Assembly (NCBI GenBank): GCA_038131165.1
Contig: JAYPOZ010000004.1
Location: 15,493-79,492 of the forward strand
Source of the DNA: Rickettsiales bacterium
GTDB lineage: Bacteria; Pseudomonadota; Alphaproteobacteria; UBA8366
Length of the DNA: 64,000 bases
Direction: 5' to 3'
Shown here: piece after piece, positions 63,762 to 64,000 of the stretch
How positions within the stretch are numbered: position 1 is the first letter of the stretch
How the letters are laid out: every line of letters begins with the position of its first letter
Notes under the pieces: model-generated
What the model saw: the letters and a program-made list of their open reading frames with translations, nothing else
The model's database searches: none
What the model was told of the DNA's origin: nothing
Program-made: the position numbers and the translations under genes

Positions 63762-64000
63762 TCAAGAAGTTTGTTTCTTCATTCCGATCAACCGACCGAC
63801 TCCCGAGGGGCTCGGCAGATCTGCATGCACGGTCTTAACTTTTCGGATCCAATCGGCGACATCCGGCGCCATCGGGCCGACGCGGCGCGTTGTCAGGTCA
63901 ATATGCAGCGATAGCAGTTCGTTCGTCGCGGCCAGATATCCTTCGGTCCCGTGGTACATCTCGTGCCAAAAATGAATTCGCTTGGCATCGCAGTCCAGAA
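63762..64000 (-). CDS. hotdog-fold thioesterase-like protein, C-terminal part (5' end outside window)
   Basis: The frame is open to the window edge (LDCDAKRIHFWHEMYHGTEGYLAATNELLSLHIDLTTRR...) and reads as YbgC/4HBT-like. Partial, so low certainty. Confidence 0.5.
   Translation of the reverse strand, partial: LDCDAKRIHFWHEMYHGTEGYLAATNELLSLHIDLTTRRVGPMAPDVADWIRKVKTVHADLPSPSGVGRLIGMKKQTS

Overview
This is a 64-kb, densely coding, high-G+C segment that reads as alphaproteobacterial chromosome. The evidence is the gene content, the ftsZ-lpxC-bamD-recN-ligA synteny and a type-A RNase P RNA. All protein family calls were made by eye from the supplied translations; no searches were run. Left half (1-31.3 kb): a patchwork of metabolic and accessory genes. 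It holds AKR, RidA, DUF1028, an arsR-arsP-like pair, TauD-like, acyl-CoA dehydrogenase, a fused 5-oxoprolinase, a MarR-like regulator and a soluble SdhAB-like flavoenzyme. It also holds NUDIX, a nitroreductase, an iorAB-like Mo-hydroxylase, an orphan MlaF-like ATPase and a thioesterase / Ldh_2 / CoA-ligase / monooxygenase / hydrolase / PrpB-like / AcnA block. It ends with ChaC, DUF1445, DUF3750, DjlA and an AmpD-like amidase. Right half: rnpB, an AT-rich regulatory spacer, then a dcw cluster (mraZ-rsmH-ftsL-ftsI-murE-mraY-murD-ftsW-murG-murC-murB-ftsQ-ftsA-ftsZ). After that come lpxC, bamD, recN, ligA, a PepP-like peptidase, uvrD-prmA, an HtrA-like protein, a ClC channel, a split diguanylate cyclase and a partial thioesterase. 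I saw no rRNA, tRNA, CRISPR array, transposase, integrase, phage gene or recognisable defence gene. I did not find a convincing brand-new multi-gene system. The strongest leads are: (1) the 2.97-kb iorAB module is bracketed by 99-bp direct repeats copied from the 3' end of the neighbouring ABC ATPase gene, which looks like an insertion scar with no recombinase; (2) the dcw cluster cleanly lacks both murF and ddl; (3) three phased TGGGA boxes, a candidate MraZ operator, lie upstream of mraZ; (4) a secreted HtrA/PDZ-like protein has all three catalytic-triad positions substituted; (5) there are several decay signatures (a VOC gene relic, a frameshifted GGDEF gene, an ATPase 3' remnant). Many long antisense ORFs in the track are high-GC artefacts and were rejected.
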